64,000 bases of DNA from an uncultured delta proteobacterium (GCA_963808235.1 CAWEEQ010000004.1:832001-896000), one strand, 5' to 3'; positions 41,836 through 51,634 are shown, counted from the first letter of the stretch. Program-made: numbers and translations. Notes: generated by a model not told the origin, from the letters alone.

Positions 41836-42548
41836 ATGAATAGAAAATGGCGAAGTTCGTGTCGGTTGGCCGTGGCGCTGAGCTTGACGCTGCTGTTTGC
41901 CGGCTGCGCGCAGATCCAACAGCGGATGGCTGAGCCACGCGAACTCGGATGGTGCACAGTAGGAGGTATCGCATTAGGCGCTGCGATCGGCTCGGGCGTT
42001 GGCTTCGCCGTCGGAGACGCGAGCGAGGGCAAAGACGGCTCGCGCTCCAGGGAAATTGCGGGCGCGCTCGGAGGTGCGGGAATCGGCGCGATCGTCGGCG
42101 GGGTCGCGGGGCACTACATCTGCGATCCACTCGTGCCTCCTCCGCCACCGCCTCCGCCGCCACCCCGCCTCCTCCTCCACCACCGCCGCCACCGCCGCCG
42201 CCTGCCAGGGAGAAGCTGGTGCTGCGCGGAGTGCATTTCGATTTCAACAAATCGAATATCCGGCCCGGCGACGCCGCGGTTTTGGATGAAGCCGCGTCAA
42301 CTCTGAAGGCCAATCCAAACGTCACTATCGATGTGAACGGGTATTGCGATGCGATCGGCGGCGAGGAGTATAACTTGAGGCTCTCCGATCGGCGCTCAAA
42401 TTCGGTCGTGGATTATCTGGAGCATCAGGGAATTCCGGCGAGCCAGCTGGTCCCGCACGGATACGGCAAGACCAATTTCGTCGCGACCAACGACACGGCC
42501 GAAGGCCGCTCGCAGAACCGTCGCGTCGAGCTGGTGCCGGAGCAATAA
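41836..42548 (+). CDS. OmpA-family lipoprotein (glycine zipper, poly-Pro linker), frameshifted near 42165
   Basis: LLFAGC lipobox and GGI.LGAAIG zipper in one frame; VHFDFNKS, YN..LS.RR..SV, GYG, GR.QNRRVE in the other. Confidence 0.88.
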
Positions 42549-42565
42549 CGAACGCATACATGCGC

Positions 42566-42595
42566 CGGGGCGCTCGCAATCCCGCGAGCGCCCCG
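42566..42595 (+). terminator. 12-bp perfect hairpin after the OmpA gene
   Basis: CGGGGCGCTCGC-AATCCC-GCGAGCGCCCCG; no U-tract. Confidence 0.55.
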
Positions 42596-42786
42596 ATCGG
42601 GAATCAGCAAAAGCATCTGTAGGATTCCGCCGGTTTGCGCTAACTTCACTTCGATTCGCGCCATGCGCTTTGGGCGCGTCCTGGATTCAAAATGATCCGA
42701 AGGTCGAGCGGCGCGGGGGTAGCGGTCCTGCCGTTTCTTGTTTGCGGTTACGTGGCTATGCTCTAGCGGCTCGCGAGGGAAAGTCG

Positions 42787-43713
42787 ATGACACGAGCATT
42801 GGTTTTGGGTGGCGGTGGTCCGGTCGGTATCGCCTGGGAATCGGGGCTGATCGCTGGTCTCGCGGAAAAAGGCGTTGACCTGTCGCAGGCGGATTATGTC
42901 GTCGGAACTTCAGCGGGTTCAGTCGTCGGTGCGCAACTCACGCTCGGCAGTACGCCCGCGAGTTTGGTTGCGCCGATGCTTGAATCGAGCACGACGGCTT
43001 CTACTCCGACGCCGTCTGCAGCGTCGAATCAGCAAGCGCCCGATCTCACGATGCTGGTAACCAAGATGCAGGAACTGGTTTCGGGTCAGCGGCCACCTGA
43101 GCAGGTGCGCGTCGAGATTGGCGCGTGGGCGCTCAAGGCTCATACGCAGATGAGCGAGGAGGCGTGGGTCGCCGGCTTCGCGCGCATGCTTCCAAAAAAA
43201 ACCTGGCCCGAGCGCCGCTATGCATGCACTGCCGTCGACACCGCAGACGGTTCGCTCGAAGTCTGGAACAACGATTCGGGCGTCGAGCTCGAGCGGGCGG
43301 TTGCGTCGAGCTGCGCGGTGCCGGGAATATTCCCGCCGGTCACGATTCGGGGGCATCGCTACATGGACGGTGGTATGCGCTCGCCCACCAACGCGGACCT
43401 GGCGAAGGGTTACGGGACAGTTGTCGTAGTGGCAGTCACCGCGGGGCCTCGAAACAATGAGATGGCGCGCCGGTTCGGCGAAATCCTCGACAAAGAGATC
43501 AAGGTGTTGCGCGACAATGGCGCCAAAGTGGATCTGATCATTCCCGATGAGAACAGCCTCGAGTCGTTCGGCATGAACCTGATGGATTCGAGCCGCCGGA
43601 AAGACGCCGCAAATGCTGGCATCCGACAGGGACGCGCCGGATGCCGCGAAGCTACTGTCGGCGTGGAATCAGAGTTAGAGCGCCGCAAAGTCCAGCAAAG
43701 CCGTCACTCCTGA
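42787..43713 (+). CDS. Patatin-like phospholipase
   Basis: LVLGGGG, GTSAG, ASSCAVPG.FPP, YMDGG; the true end may be 43678 if one G near 43640 is spurious. Confidence 0.92.
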   Translation: MTRALVLGGGGPVGIAWESGLIAGLAEKGVDLSQADYVVGTSAGSVVGAQLTLGSTPASLVAPMLESSTTASTPTPSAASNQQAPDLTMLVTKMQELVSGQRPPEQVRVEIGAWALKAHTQMSEEAWVAGFARMLPKKTWPERRYACTAVDTADGSLEVWNNDSGVELERAVASSCAVPGIFPPVTIRGHRYMDGGMRSPTNADLAKGYGTVVVVAVTAGPRNNEMARRFGEILDKEIKVLRDNGAKVDLIIPDENSLESFGMNLMDSSRRKDAANAGIRQGRAGCREATVGVESELERRKVQQSRHS

Positions 43714-43790
43714 CCAACATACGGCGCCGTTTGGCTGCCTACCATACTTCGTGTAGAGTTTTGGGAGCACAACGTAGGGGGAGAAGATCA

Positions 43791-44288
43791 ATGCGAGTGT
43801 GGATCATGTCGGCCGCCTTGTCGGCGGTTTGTCTGCTCAGTAGCTGTGCCACTCCATATCAGCCGCAAGGCTTTACGGGGGGATACTCCGAGGAGCGGAG
43901 CAACAACATCGCGCAGGTTTCTTTTCGCGGCAACCGGTTTAATTCACCGGATACTCTTCACGCCTACCTGCTCAGAAGGTGCGCCGAAGTATCTCAGCAA
44001 AACGGGTACGACTACTTTGCGCTGGTAAACAGCGAAGCGCCGAACGACGGCGCGAAAGTCGATAAGTATACCGCCAGCACGACGATCAAAATGTTCAAAG
44101 GCGGTGACAAGGCTGACGCGGGCGTCCGTGCCTACGACGCAGCGGCCGTAATCAGAGCCGTTCCGCTTGATCCAGGTGAGACGCCCGAGGCGTCGCCACC
44201 TCCGCCTGAGGTGGTAAGCGTCGCCGGACGGATGCCCGTCCTGAATCCGAACCTCCCGACCAACGAACGTCCGCGGTATGAATTCTAA
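43791..44288 (+). CDS. CC0125/CC1285-type lipoprotein
   Basis: LLSSCATPYQP.GFTGGYSE, VSFRGN, LLRRCAE....GYDYF; GGGGAG RBS. Confidence 0.8.
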   Translation: MRVWIMSAALSAVCLLSSCATPYQPQGFTGGYSEERSNNIAQVSFRGNRFNSPDTLHAYLLRRCAEVSQQNGYDYFALVNSEAPNDGAKVDKYTASTTIKMFKGGDKADAGVRAYDAAAVIRAVPLDPGETPEASPPPPEVVSVAGRMPVLNPNLPTNERPRYEF

Positions 44289-44329
44289 GGCGAGCGCACT
44301 GGACGCAAGATTTCACGAGCGGTGATGTG

Positions 44330-44410
44330 TGCGAGAGGGGGGACTTGAACCCCCACGCCTTGCGGCACTGGATCCTAAGTCCAGCGCGTCTGCCATTCCG
44401 CCACTCTCGC
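44330..44410 (-). tRNA. tRNA-Leu (anticodon TAG)
   Basis: GCGAGAG acceptor stem, CTGGA-CTTAGGA-TCCAG anticodon arm, long variable arm, GGGGG-TTCAAGT-CCCCC T arm; CCA not encoded. Confidence 0.96.
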
Positions 44411-44497
44411 GCGGAGTAATAAAGGTGATGCTTTTGACCGGCGCGAGCAACCGGCTGGGCGCGGGCGATCTCCTCTGGAGTTCCGTCGGAGCGGCCG

Positions 44498-45013
44498 CTA
44501 CTGGATCACGAGCGGGGTCGGCGCCGGCGAGGCTTTGGGCGGCGGCATCCGCATATGCTCGAAGACGGTCTTGTTGGCGGTGGCTAGTTGGCCCACTGCG
44601 GCCAGGATCCGTTGCGACATTTCGTCCGCGGCGTCCCTGCCAACTCTGAACACCGACGAATCTTCGTACACTTCTCCCGGTAAGCGGTCCGAATAGATCG
44701 TAAACGCGACCGACACCGCCGACATCGTGCCGGCAAGTTTTTTGTCGATGCCGGGCAGGCCGTCCCATAAATCCACGCACCAGAAGTGGACGGCGATTCC
44801 AAAGGCGTCGGGCTTTTCCACCAGCCGGTATGCGCTCGAGGCTTGAACTTTGGTCTTGAAGTCGGCGCAGAAATTCTGGCCGACCGAATCGGAGCAATGA
44901 CAATCGGCGAAGATGCTGACGCGGACGTCGTCGCCAGCGCTCATTCCGCTCGCAGGAAACGCGACGATGGTCAGCATCAGCAGCGCGATTGAAATTGCGG
45001 ATTTGGAATTCAA
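44498..45013 (-). CDS. Hypothetical exported protein
   Basis: Signal-peptide-like ISIALLMLTIVAFPA; CHC...C; Pro-rich tail; start uncertain (TTG 45013). Confidence 0.6.
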   Translation of the reverse strand: MNSKSAISIALLMLTIVAFPASGMSAGDDVRVSIFADCHCSDSVGQNFCADFKTKVQASSAYRLVEKPDAFGIAVHFWCVDLWDGLPGIDKKLAGTMSAVSVAFTIYSDRLPGEVYEDSSVFRVGRDAADEMSQRILAAVGQLATANKTVFEHMRMPPPKASPAPTPLVIQ

Positions 45014-45020
45014 AATCCAG

Positions 45021-45404
45021 TCACTCTTTGCAGGTCGAAATGTACCAAGTGTTTCCATAGGAATCTTTGATGCCCGCGCTTCGCTCCTGGTAAGGCTTAT
45101 CCGACGGCTCGGAAATCGAACTGGCGCCGGCCGCGAGAGCGCGCGCGTACGCCGCGTCGACATCTTCCACATATACATAAATCGAGGCGCGGGTTCCTCC
45201 CGGATGGGGCGGGTCGCCAACCTCCAGTACCACCATCGAGTCACCGATTTTTGCCTCGATATGAAACCCCTTGCCGACGGGGAGACGCTCCAACTCCACT
45301 GCCCCGAAAGCCTGGCGCAGCATGATCGGCAAATCGAGGCCGCCATAAAGATAGGGCCGGACGCTACCGACGCCGTGCCGGATGTGCTTTTGCCGCGTGG
45401 TCAT
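45021..45404 (-). CDS. VOC family protein (PhnB/glyoxalase-like)
   Basis: VRPYL, AFGA.E, IGDS.V.L, YVYVEDVDA.Y.RAL.AGA, PY.ER.AG.KD.YGN.W. Confidence 0.9.
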   Translation of the reverse strand: MTTRQKHIRHGVGSVRPYLYGGLDLPIMLRQAFGAVELERLPVGKGFHIEAKIGDSMVVLEVGDPPHPGGTRASIYVYVEDVDAAYARALAAGASSISEPSDKPYQERSAGIKDSYGNTWYISTCKE

Positions 45405-45573
45405 TGTATTATTCTTTCGTATTGTTTTTGGTCGGGGAAGGTTCTTCACAATATACCAGTCGATTCGGAACGCTGGCGCCGCGCCGCCCCTTTTTTGCAC
45501 GGCGACATTGTGGCCGCCAAGTGATAGAATCCACCGATTATCATCCAGCAGAAGGAGTTTGAACATTACTCGC

Positions 45574-46650
45574 ATGACATCGATCTTTAATGGCTCGCCC
45601 GGTAGCTCGACTCGCATTTTGCCGGCTATTTTTGCCGCCGCAATTGTTTGTATCGCGCTTGCCGCGCCTCTCGTATCGGCAGACGATCCGAAAACGGTAG
45701 TTGCTACGGTCGGCGATCACAAGATCACCGAGCAGGACCTCGATCAGAAGGTTAAGCCGCAAATCGATCAGATGCGTGCGATGCTGGAAAAACGCGTCGA
45801 CGATCTGATTAAGGACAAGACCTTCGAGATCAGGCGCAAGACGCTCGAATCGATGACCGACGATTACCTGATCTCGTCAGCGGCGCAGCAGCAGAAGCTG
45901 AACCCCGACGATTACGTCAAGAAAGAATCCGCCGGAAAATCCGGGGTGACCGATGCCGACGCGAAGAAATTTTACGATCAAAACAAATCCCCGCAGACGC
46001 CGCCGTACGACCTGGTCAAGCCGCAACTGATGTCGATGCTGAACCGGCAGGCGCTGCTCGAGCGGCTGCGCAAAAACGAGCCGGTAAAGATCATGCTCGA
46101 GCCAAAGCGGGTGGCCGTCAACAGCAGCGGGAATCCTTCGCTCGGGGCCAAGGACGCGCCGATCACGATCGTCGAGTTCGCCGACTTTCAGTGCCCATAC
46201 TGCAAAGCTACCGAAAGCACGGTCAAACAACTTCGCGCCAAATATGGGGACAAGATTCGCCTCGTGCACATGGACTTTCCGCTTTCGTTTCATGCCCACG
46301 CGCTTGAAGCCGCGAACGGCGCGCGATGCGCGAACGATCAGGGCAAGTTCTGGCAGTTCCGCGACTCCGTATACGCCAACCAGGGCAAGTTGACGCCCGC
46401 GGACCTGAAGGCGACTGCGAAAACGCTCGGGATGGACACCACCAAGTTCAACGCGTGCTTCGACAAGTCCAATCATGTCGATGAAATAAAGAAGGACCAG
46501 GCCGAGGGCGAGAGACTGGGCGTCGACGGGACCCCGGCATTTTTTATCGACGGACGCCCGCTGGTGGGGGCGCAACCGATCAATCAGTTCGAGCAGATCA
46601 TCGATGATGAACTGGCGACAGGCGGCGTGAAACAGGCCTCTGCGAAATAG
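45574..46650 (+). CDS. DsbA-family thiol-disulfide oxidoreductase with SurA-like N-terminal region
   Basis: VVATVGD..IT..DL; G..DAP.TIVEF.DFQCPYC; FPL.FH; GV.GTP.FFI.G...GAQP. Confidence 0.9.
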   Translation: MTSIFNGSPGSSTRILPAIFAAAIVCIALAAPLVSADDPKTVVATVGDHKITEQDLDQKVKPQIDQMRAMLEKRVDDLIKDKTFEIRRKTLESMTDDYLISSAAQQQKLNPDDYVKKESAGKSGVTDADAKKFYDQNKSPQTPPYDLVKPQLMSMLNRQALLERLRKNEPVKIMLEPKRVAVNSSGNPSLGAKDAPITIVEFADFQCPYCKATESTVKQLRAKYGDKIRLVHMDFPLSFHAHALEAANGARCANDQGKFWQFRDSVYANQGKLTPADLKATAKTLGMDTTKFNACFDKSNHVDEIKKDQAEGERLGVDGTPAFFIDGRPLVGAQPINQFEQIIDDELATGGVKQASAK

Positions 46651-46812
46651 GCACCACGCGGGAGGACATTGCTCATCCGCCGGCGACAGCGGAGCCGGCC
46701 TCCTGACTTGGGTGCAGGGGCTGGCCCTTGCCTTGCCTTCGTTATCGGTTTGTTCTTAACATTCGATCAGCAGTGATCAATTTATTGGGGAGACCGGCGG
46801 GTCTGCGGAATT

Positions 46813-47253
46813 ATGGCGATTAGCTTTCCTTCGACCGAGTATTTCGAGGCGCTGAAGGCGCAGATGGCAGCGAATGAAGAGAAATTTCGCCGCCTCGGGT
46901 TTATCGACACGACGTTTGGGGTCAGCGTCGGGGTCAATGGCAAGGCGCGCAACTTCGTGCTCGAGTTCGAGGTTTTCGACCTCAAGAATATCAGCGAAGT
47001 GCCGGCGATCGATCTGAAGAAAGTGGACTTCCAGATCGAAGGCGATTCGCGGGTGTGGCGCGAGATGATCGAAAATATCAAGCGCAACGGCGAGGCCGAC
47101 TCCTCGCACGACATCAACACGCTCGCGCATTTTGGCGAGCGTCTCAAAATTGTTTACGACGATCCGGACGGGCACGACAAACTGTACCGCTTCATGGAAT
47201 CGATCCAGGAATTTTTCGATCTCTCGAGCAAGCTCGACGTGAGTTTCAATTAG
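46813..47253 (+). CDS. SCP2 (sterol carrier protein 2)-like small protein
   Basis: N-terminal FPS.EYFEAL and DF.IEG....WREM pattern; 146 aa; first gene of a tight three-gene operon. Confidence 0.65.
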   Translation: MAISFPSTEYFEALKAQMAANEEKFRRLGFIDTTFGVSVGVNGKARNFVLEFEVFDLKNISEVPAIDLKKVDFQIEGDSRVWREMIENIKRNGEADSSHDINTLAHFGERLKIVYDDPDGHDKLYRFMESIQEFFDLSSKLDVSFN

Positions 47254-47272
47254 GCGCGGAGGCGCGGCGACG

Positions 47273-48415
47273 ATGGCATATCTTTCCACCACCAACTTCA
47301 CCGAGGACAAGGACTTCATCGACAAGTGGCTCTACACGATCAGGACCGGCGAGATGGACCTGTCGTGGATGAAGGCGGTGACCGAGAAAATCAGCCCTGA
47401 GGAAGCGAATCCGCGGCGCGGACTGACCTATCGCGACCTCAATATGGGTACGTACGGCTTCACCGATATTCCCGAGAAAGTCCGCTCGAACCGATCGTAT
47501 GCGCCGCGCGGCGCCGCGATTCCTGACGGGGTGCCGGACGCGCAGCCGTGGGTCTCGCGCAAGAGCGAGCTGTGGGCCTTCAACACCGAGAGCTATTACG
47601 AAGAAGCGGTGAGCCGGCAGTGGAACGCGACCACGGATATCCCGTGGGAACGCCTGGAAGGCGTCGAGATGTCGGAGGTGACTGGCAAGGCGCTCTCGCA
47701 GCTGATGACGTTCCTGACCGAAGTCGAGATGATCGCGACCGACACGCCCGCGATGTGGCTGCCGCGGCTGAATCCGGATTTTATCGAGGTGCGGGCGTTT
47801 ATCGCGTCGCAGGCGATGGACGAGGCTCGTCACGCGGAGGTTTTCCGCAAGCGCGCACTGACCACCGGATGGGGCCTGATGCAGGCGAGTCCACTCAACG
47901 AGATGGCGCTGAAGCATCTGCGCGACGCCGATTCGTTCAGCGAGATGTCAGTGGCGCTGCACCTGGTCGCGGAAGGCAACGTGCTGACGCTGTTCCGCTT
48001 CAGCGAATACCTGTCGCCGACTGACGTCGACAAGAAGATTTTCCGGCTGGTGATGCAGGATGAAGCGCGGCACGTCGGCTACGGCATGCAGCACTTCAAG
48101 TACGTGCTCGAGCACTTTCCGGAAAAGCGCGAAGTCCTGCACGCGCATCTTGATGAAGCGGAAAACATCTCGTTCGCAGGCGCGGCCGCGACGGAACTTA
48201 CCGAAGCGTTTATCATCCTGGCCGGCGGCGGACTCAAGAAAGAGAATATCGAACAGGGAATCAAGATAACGACTCAATTCAACCTGAAGCAGATGCAAGA
48301 GCATTTCGAGCGGCTGGAAAAATGCGGGATGCCCGAGCGCAAGGATCGCTCCAAGCTGTACAAGATGTACGAGATGGGGCGGGCCGCGGCCGAAGCGGCC
48401 GGGATCAAGCTCTGA
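47273..48415 (+). CDS. Ferritin-like diiron-carboxylate protein with complete ligand set (putative catalytic alpha subunit)
   Basis: QWNATTDIPW; TEVE / DEARH / VAEG / DEARH. Confidence 0.88.
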   Translation: MAYLSTTNFTEDKDFIDKWLYTIRTGEMDLSWMKAVTEKISPEEANPRRGLTYRDLNMGTYGFTDIPEKVRSNRSYAPRGAAIPDGVPDAQPWVSRKSELWAFNTESYYEEAVSRQWNATTDIPWERLEGVEMSEVTGKALSQLMTFLTEVEMIATDTPAMWLPRLNPDFIEVRAFIASQAMDEARHAEVFRKRALTTGWGLMQASPLNEMALKHLRDADSFSEMSVALHLVAEGNVLTLFRFSEYLSPTDVDKKIFRLVMQDEARHVGYGMQHFKYVLEHFPEKREVLHAHLDEAENISFAGAAATELTEAFIILAGGGLKKENIEQGIKITTQFNLKQMQEHFERLEKCGMPERKDRSKLYKMYEMGRAAAEAAGIKL

Positions 48416-48434
48416 GCTGAGGCAATAAATTTAA

Positions 48435-49553
48435 GTGGCATTTTACGCGGACAAGGATTACACGGAGGACGCCACCGTCCTCGAGGCCGCAAACCAGGTG
48501 ATGCAGGGCAACCTGTCGCTGCATTGGTACGAGGCGAAGACCGAGCGCATCAAGGGGCATCCGTCCAACATGAAGCGCGGCCTGACCTATCAGGACCTCG
48601 ACATCGGAAGTTACGGCTATACCAATATTCCTGAGAACGTGCGCAACAGCCAGTCGATGGTTTCCCGCGGCAGCGAAAAATACGGCAAGCTGCCGGACAT
48701 GGGCTACGTCGTGAATCGCAAGTCCGACGTGTGGTCCGATAACGTCAGCGAACTTTACGAGGAATCGAAGGCGCGGCGCTGGGTGCCGGCGACGGATATC
48801 CCGTGGAAAGAACTGCACGCGCATCCGCTCGGTCATGAGCTCGAAGTCGCATGCTCGCAGCTCTACACGTTTCTGCAGGAATGCCAGATCGTCTCGATGG
48901 ATTTTCCGTCGCGATGGGTTCCACTAATCAACCAGGATTTTCTCGAACAGAAAAGCTGGATGTGCGCGCAGATGCTCGACGCCTCGCGCCTGCTCGAAGC
49001 GTTTCGCAAGCGCGCGCTGTACGGCGGCACCGGCCTAGGGCGTGCGAGCGTGACCGCAGAGCAGGGCCTCAAGGAATGGCTGTGGGCGGACAAGTATCCG
49101 CTGGGCTCGGTGTCGATCAACCTGTCGCTGGCGGGTTTCTTGCTGGTCGTCTATCGGCAGATTGCGGCGTTCGCGCCGACGCCAGTCGATCGCGCGATCA
49201 TGGGCTACGCGATGCAGGACGCGGGGCGCCAGGTCGCGTACGGATTCGGCCAGCTTCGCTATCATCTGAAGCATCGCCCGCTCGAAGTGAATACGATCGA
49301 AGAATATCTCGACGACACCGAGCATGCGCTGCTTGGACTGATCGGAAGTCCCGAGCTGCTCGAGCCCATGATCATAATATGCGGCGGCGGGCTGGAAAAA
49401 GCGCAGGTCGACAAGGGCCGCATCGCAACCGCGAAGTTCATCCGCCTCGTGGTGCGCGAGTACATGGAGAGGATCGCTGCGGCAGGCCTCCCCGGGCATA
49501 AGGGACGCAGCCGCATCCCCGCGATGATCGATCGAATCGCAGCACCCGCGTAG
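48435..49553 (+). CDS. Ferritin-like paralogue lacking all iron ligands (putative structural beta subunit)
   Basis: Colinear with 47273..48415 (RGLTY.DL..G.YG.T.IPE.VR, TDIPW, FRKRAL) but QECQ / DASRL / SLAG / DAGRQ at the ligand positions. Confidence 0.85.
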   Translation: MAFYADKDYTEDATVLEAANQVMQGNLSLHWYEAKTERIKGHPSNMKRGLTYQDLDIGSYGYTNIPENVRNSQSMVSRGSEKYGKLPDMGYVVNRKSDVWSDNVSELYEESKARRWVPATDIPWKELHAHPLGHELEVACSQLYTFLQECQIVSMDFPSRWVPLINQDFLEQKSWMCAQMLDASRLLEAFRKRALYGGTGLGRASVTAEQGLKEWLWADKYPLGSVSINLSLAGFLLVVYRQIAAFAPTPVDRAIMGYAMQDAGRQVAYGFGQLRYHLKHRPLEVNTIEEYLDDTEHALLGLIGSPELLEPMIIICGGGLEKAQVDKGRIATAKFIRLVVREYMERIAAAGLPGHKGRSRIPAMIDRIAAPA

Positions 49554-49608
49554 GGTCGTGTCGAAGACGCCTATTTTCTGCGATCTGCCGCACTGCTAGT
49601 CTGTTCGG

Positions 49609-51630
49609 ATGCCAAAATTGAGTTCCTCGCTGATTGCCGGCGCGCCGGTGTCGCCGGATTGTTCCCCTGAGGCGCCGGCCGCGCCTTCCGACGAGCCCGA
49701 CCAACCTCGCAGGCGCGGCTTCTTCGCGCGCCTCTCGAATCGGATAGTTCCGCAAACCGCGCTGGTGCGCTTTCTCGGCTACGTGCGGCCGCATCTGTGG
49801 CTGGTGGCGGGCGGCTCGGTGATGGGAATCCTGAAATTCACGCTGCCGCTCGCGTTCCCGCTCGCATTTAAATATGTCTTCGATGTCTTGCTGGTTCCGC
49901 AGCCGCATCCTGAGCATCTGAACCAGATGATCGACCGATGGTGCAGCTCGCTTGCCGCGACGATGCATCTTGGCGTCGGTTCCGCGCCCAAGCTCGAGGC
50001 TCTGACCGCCGCGCTGTTTGCGCTTTTCCTCGTGCAGGCGATCGCGACTTACTACCGCAACTATTGGGCGAGCATGGCGGGGCATCGCCTGATCTTCGAT
50101 CTTCGCTACGCGCTCTATCTGCACATGCAGCGCTTGTCGCATTCGTTTTTCGATCGCACTGCGTCGGGCGCGGTGGTCTCGCGATTCATTTCCGACATCT
50201 CGATGGCGCAGAACTTCGTCGGCTCGGCGATGATCAACATCTGGATGGACGGCGTGTCGCTGGGCTTCGTCATCTGGCTGCTGTTCTATCTGAATACGCG
50301 CCTGGCGTGGATTTCGCTGATCGTAATTCCATTCTACGTCGCCGTGATCAGGATTCTGTCGCCACGAATCAAGGAGACCAGCCACGACCTGCAGGAAGTG
50401 GTCGAAGAATTTTCCGGCGAGCTGCAGGAGCGCGTCGCGGGAGTGGCGACAGTGAAATCGTTCGCGCGCGAGGCCGACGAGGCGCGCCGGTTCCATCAGC
50501 GCACCACCGAGCTTTACGACCTGACGATCGAGAGCGTGAAACTGTCGTCAACGCATCAGATGTTCACCGAGTTCATCTCGCGCGGCGCGCCGCTGCTGGT
50601 CATCTGGGCAGGCGCGCTGATGATCATGAACGGCAAGATGACGATTGGAACCGTGGTCGCGTTCTTCGCGTTTCTCGGCGCGTTATACCTGCCGCTGCAG
50701 CGATTCTCCGAATTGTCGATCATCGTCGCGACCGCTCTGGCAGCCATCGAGCGTATCTTTCAGTTCTTTGACGAAACGCCCGAAGTGCACGACGCCCCGG
50801 GCGCGATGGCGCTCGCCGTTACGAACGGCCGGGTCCAGATCGAGCACCTGGGATTCGGCTACAAGCCGCTCGACGGTGGCCCGGCGCGAAGAATTCTCCA
50901 CGACGTGTGCCTCGACGTGCCAGCCGGTACAACCGTGGCACTGGTGGGGCGCTCGGGCGCGGGCAAGACCACGCTCGCGGGATTGATTCCGCGCTTTTAC
51001 GAACTTGGCGCGGGCCGGATCCTGATCGATGGCGCCGACATCTCCGCGGTGACGCTCAAGTCGCTCAGAAACGCGATCGGTATCGTTCCCCAGGACGCAA
51101 TCCTGTTCAGTGCGTCGATTCGCGAGAATGTGCAATACGGCCGCCCGGGCGCTCCTGATGCGGACCTGTGGCGCGCGCTCGAGCAGGCCAATATCCGCGA
51201 TTTCGTCGAGTCGCTGCCCGACCAGCTCGACACGATGATAGGCGAGGGCGGGGTGCGTCCTTCGACCGGTCAGCGTCAGCGCCTGGCGCTCGCGCGGGTG
51301 TTTCTGAAAAATCCGCCGATTCTGATCCTCGACGAAGCGACCTCGGGACTCGATTCGGAGGTCGAGAACCTGATCCACGACGCGGTGCGGCGTCTGATGA
51401 ACGGCCGGACGTCGTTCCTGATTGCGCATCGGCTCGCCAGCGCAGTGGATGCTGACGTGATCGTCGTGCTCGATCGCGGCGAAGTCGTCGAGGTTGGCGG
51501 ACATTCCGAGCTGGTGAAGCGAGCCGGAGTTTATGCGCAACTGTTCAACGAGCAGACGCGCAAGCTGCGACTGACGCCGGGCCATATCGCGCGAGTACCT
51601 GGCTCGCTGAGCCCTGCGGTGAAAGCCTGA
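49609..51630 (+). CDS. ABC exporter, fused permease and ATPase (MsbA/Sav1866-like)
   Basis: TM domain; GRSGAGKTT, VPQD, variant signature PSTGQRQR, LILDEATS.LD, IAHRL. Confidence 0.93.
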   Translation: MPKLSSSLIAGAPVSPDCSPEAPAAPSDEPDQPRRRGFFARLSNRIVPQTALVRFLGYVRPHLWLVAGGSVMGILKFTLPLAFPLAFKYVFDVLLVPQPHPEHLNQMIDRWCSSLAATMHLGVGSAPKLEALTAALFALFLVQAIATYYRNYWASMAGHRLIFDLRYALYLHMQRLSHSFFDRTASGAVVSRFISDISMAQNFVGSAMINIWMDGVSLGFVIWLLFYLNTRLAWISLIVIPFYVAVIRILSPRIKETSHDLQEVVEEFSGELQERVAGVATVKSFAREADEARRFHQRTTELYDLTIESVKLSSTHQMFTEFISRGAPLLVIWAGALMIMNGKMTIGTVVAFFAFLGALYLPLQRFSELSIIVATALAAIERIFQFFDETPEVHDAPGAMALAVTNGRVQIEHLGFGYKPLDGGPARRILHDVCLDVPAGTTVALVGRSGAGKTTLAGLIPRFYELGAGRILIDGADISAVTLKSLRNAIGIVPQDAILFSASIRENVQYGRPGAPDADLWRALEQANIRDFVESLPDQLDTMIGEGGVRPSTGQRQRLALARVFLKNPPILILDEATSGLDSEVENLIHDAVRRLMNGRTSFLIAHRLASAVDADVIVVLDRGEVVEVGGHSELVKRAGVYAQLFNEQTRKLRLTPGHIARVPGSLSPAVKA

Positions 51631-51634
51631 CTGG

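Noticed and set aside
44330-44410. tRNA-Leu as an island attachment site
   Set aside because: No duplicated 3' end or integrase seen, and flanking genes look native
44313-44903. ORFs 44313..44903 and 44329..44649, and 54341..54709 near the other tRNA
   Set aside because: They overlap tRNA genes and better-supported CDS
47273-49553. Calling the diiron pair sMMO (mmoXY), PaaAC or ribonucleotide reductase R2
   Set aside because: Lengths, N-terminal motifs and neighbours do not fit: no coupling protein, reductase, paa genes or nrdA
48435-49553. Treating the ligand-less ferritin paralogue as a pseudogene
   Set aside because: Full-length intact ORF with host-like codons and conserved scaffold motifs; loss is focused on the metal ligands
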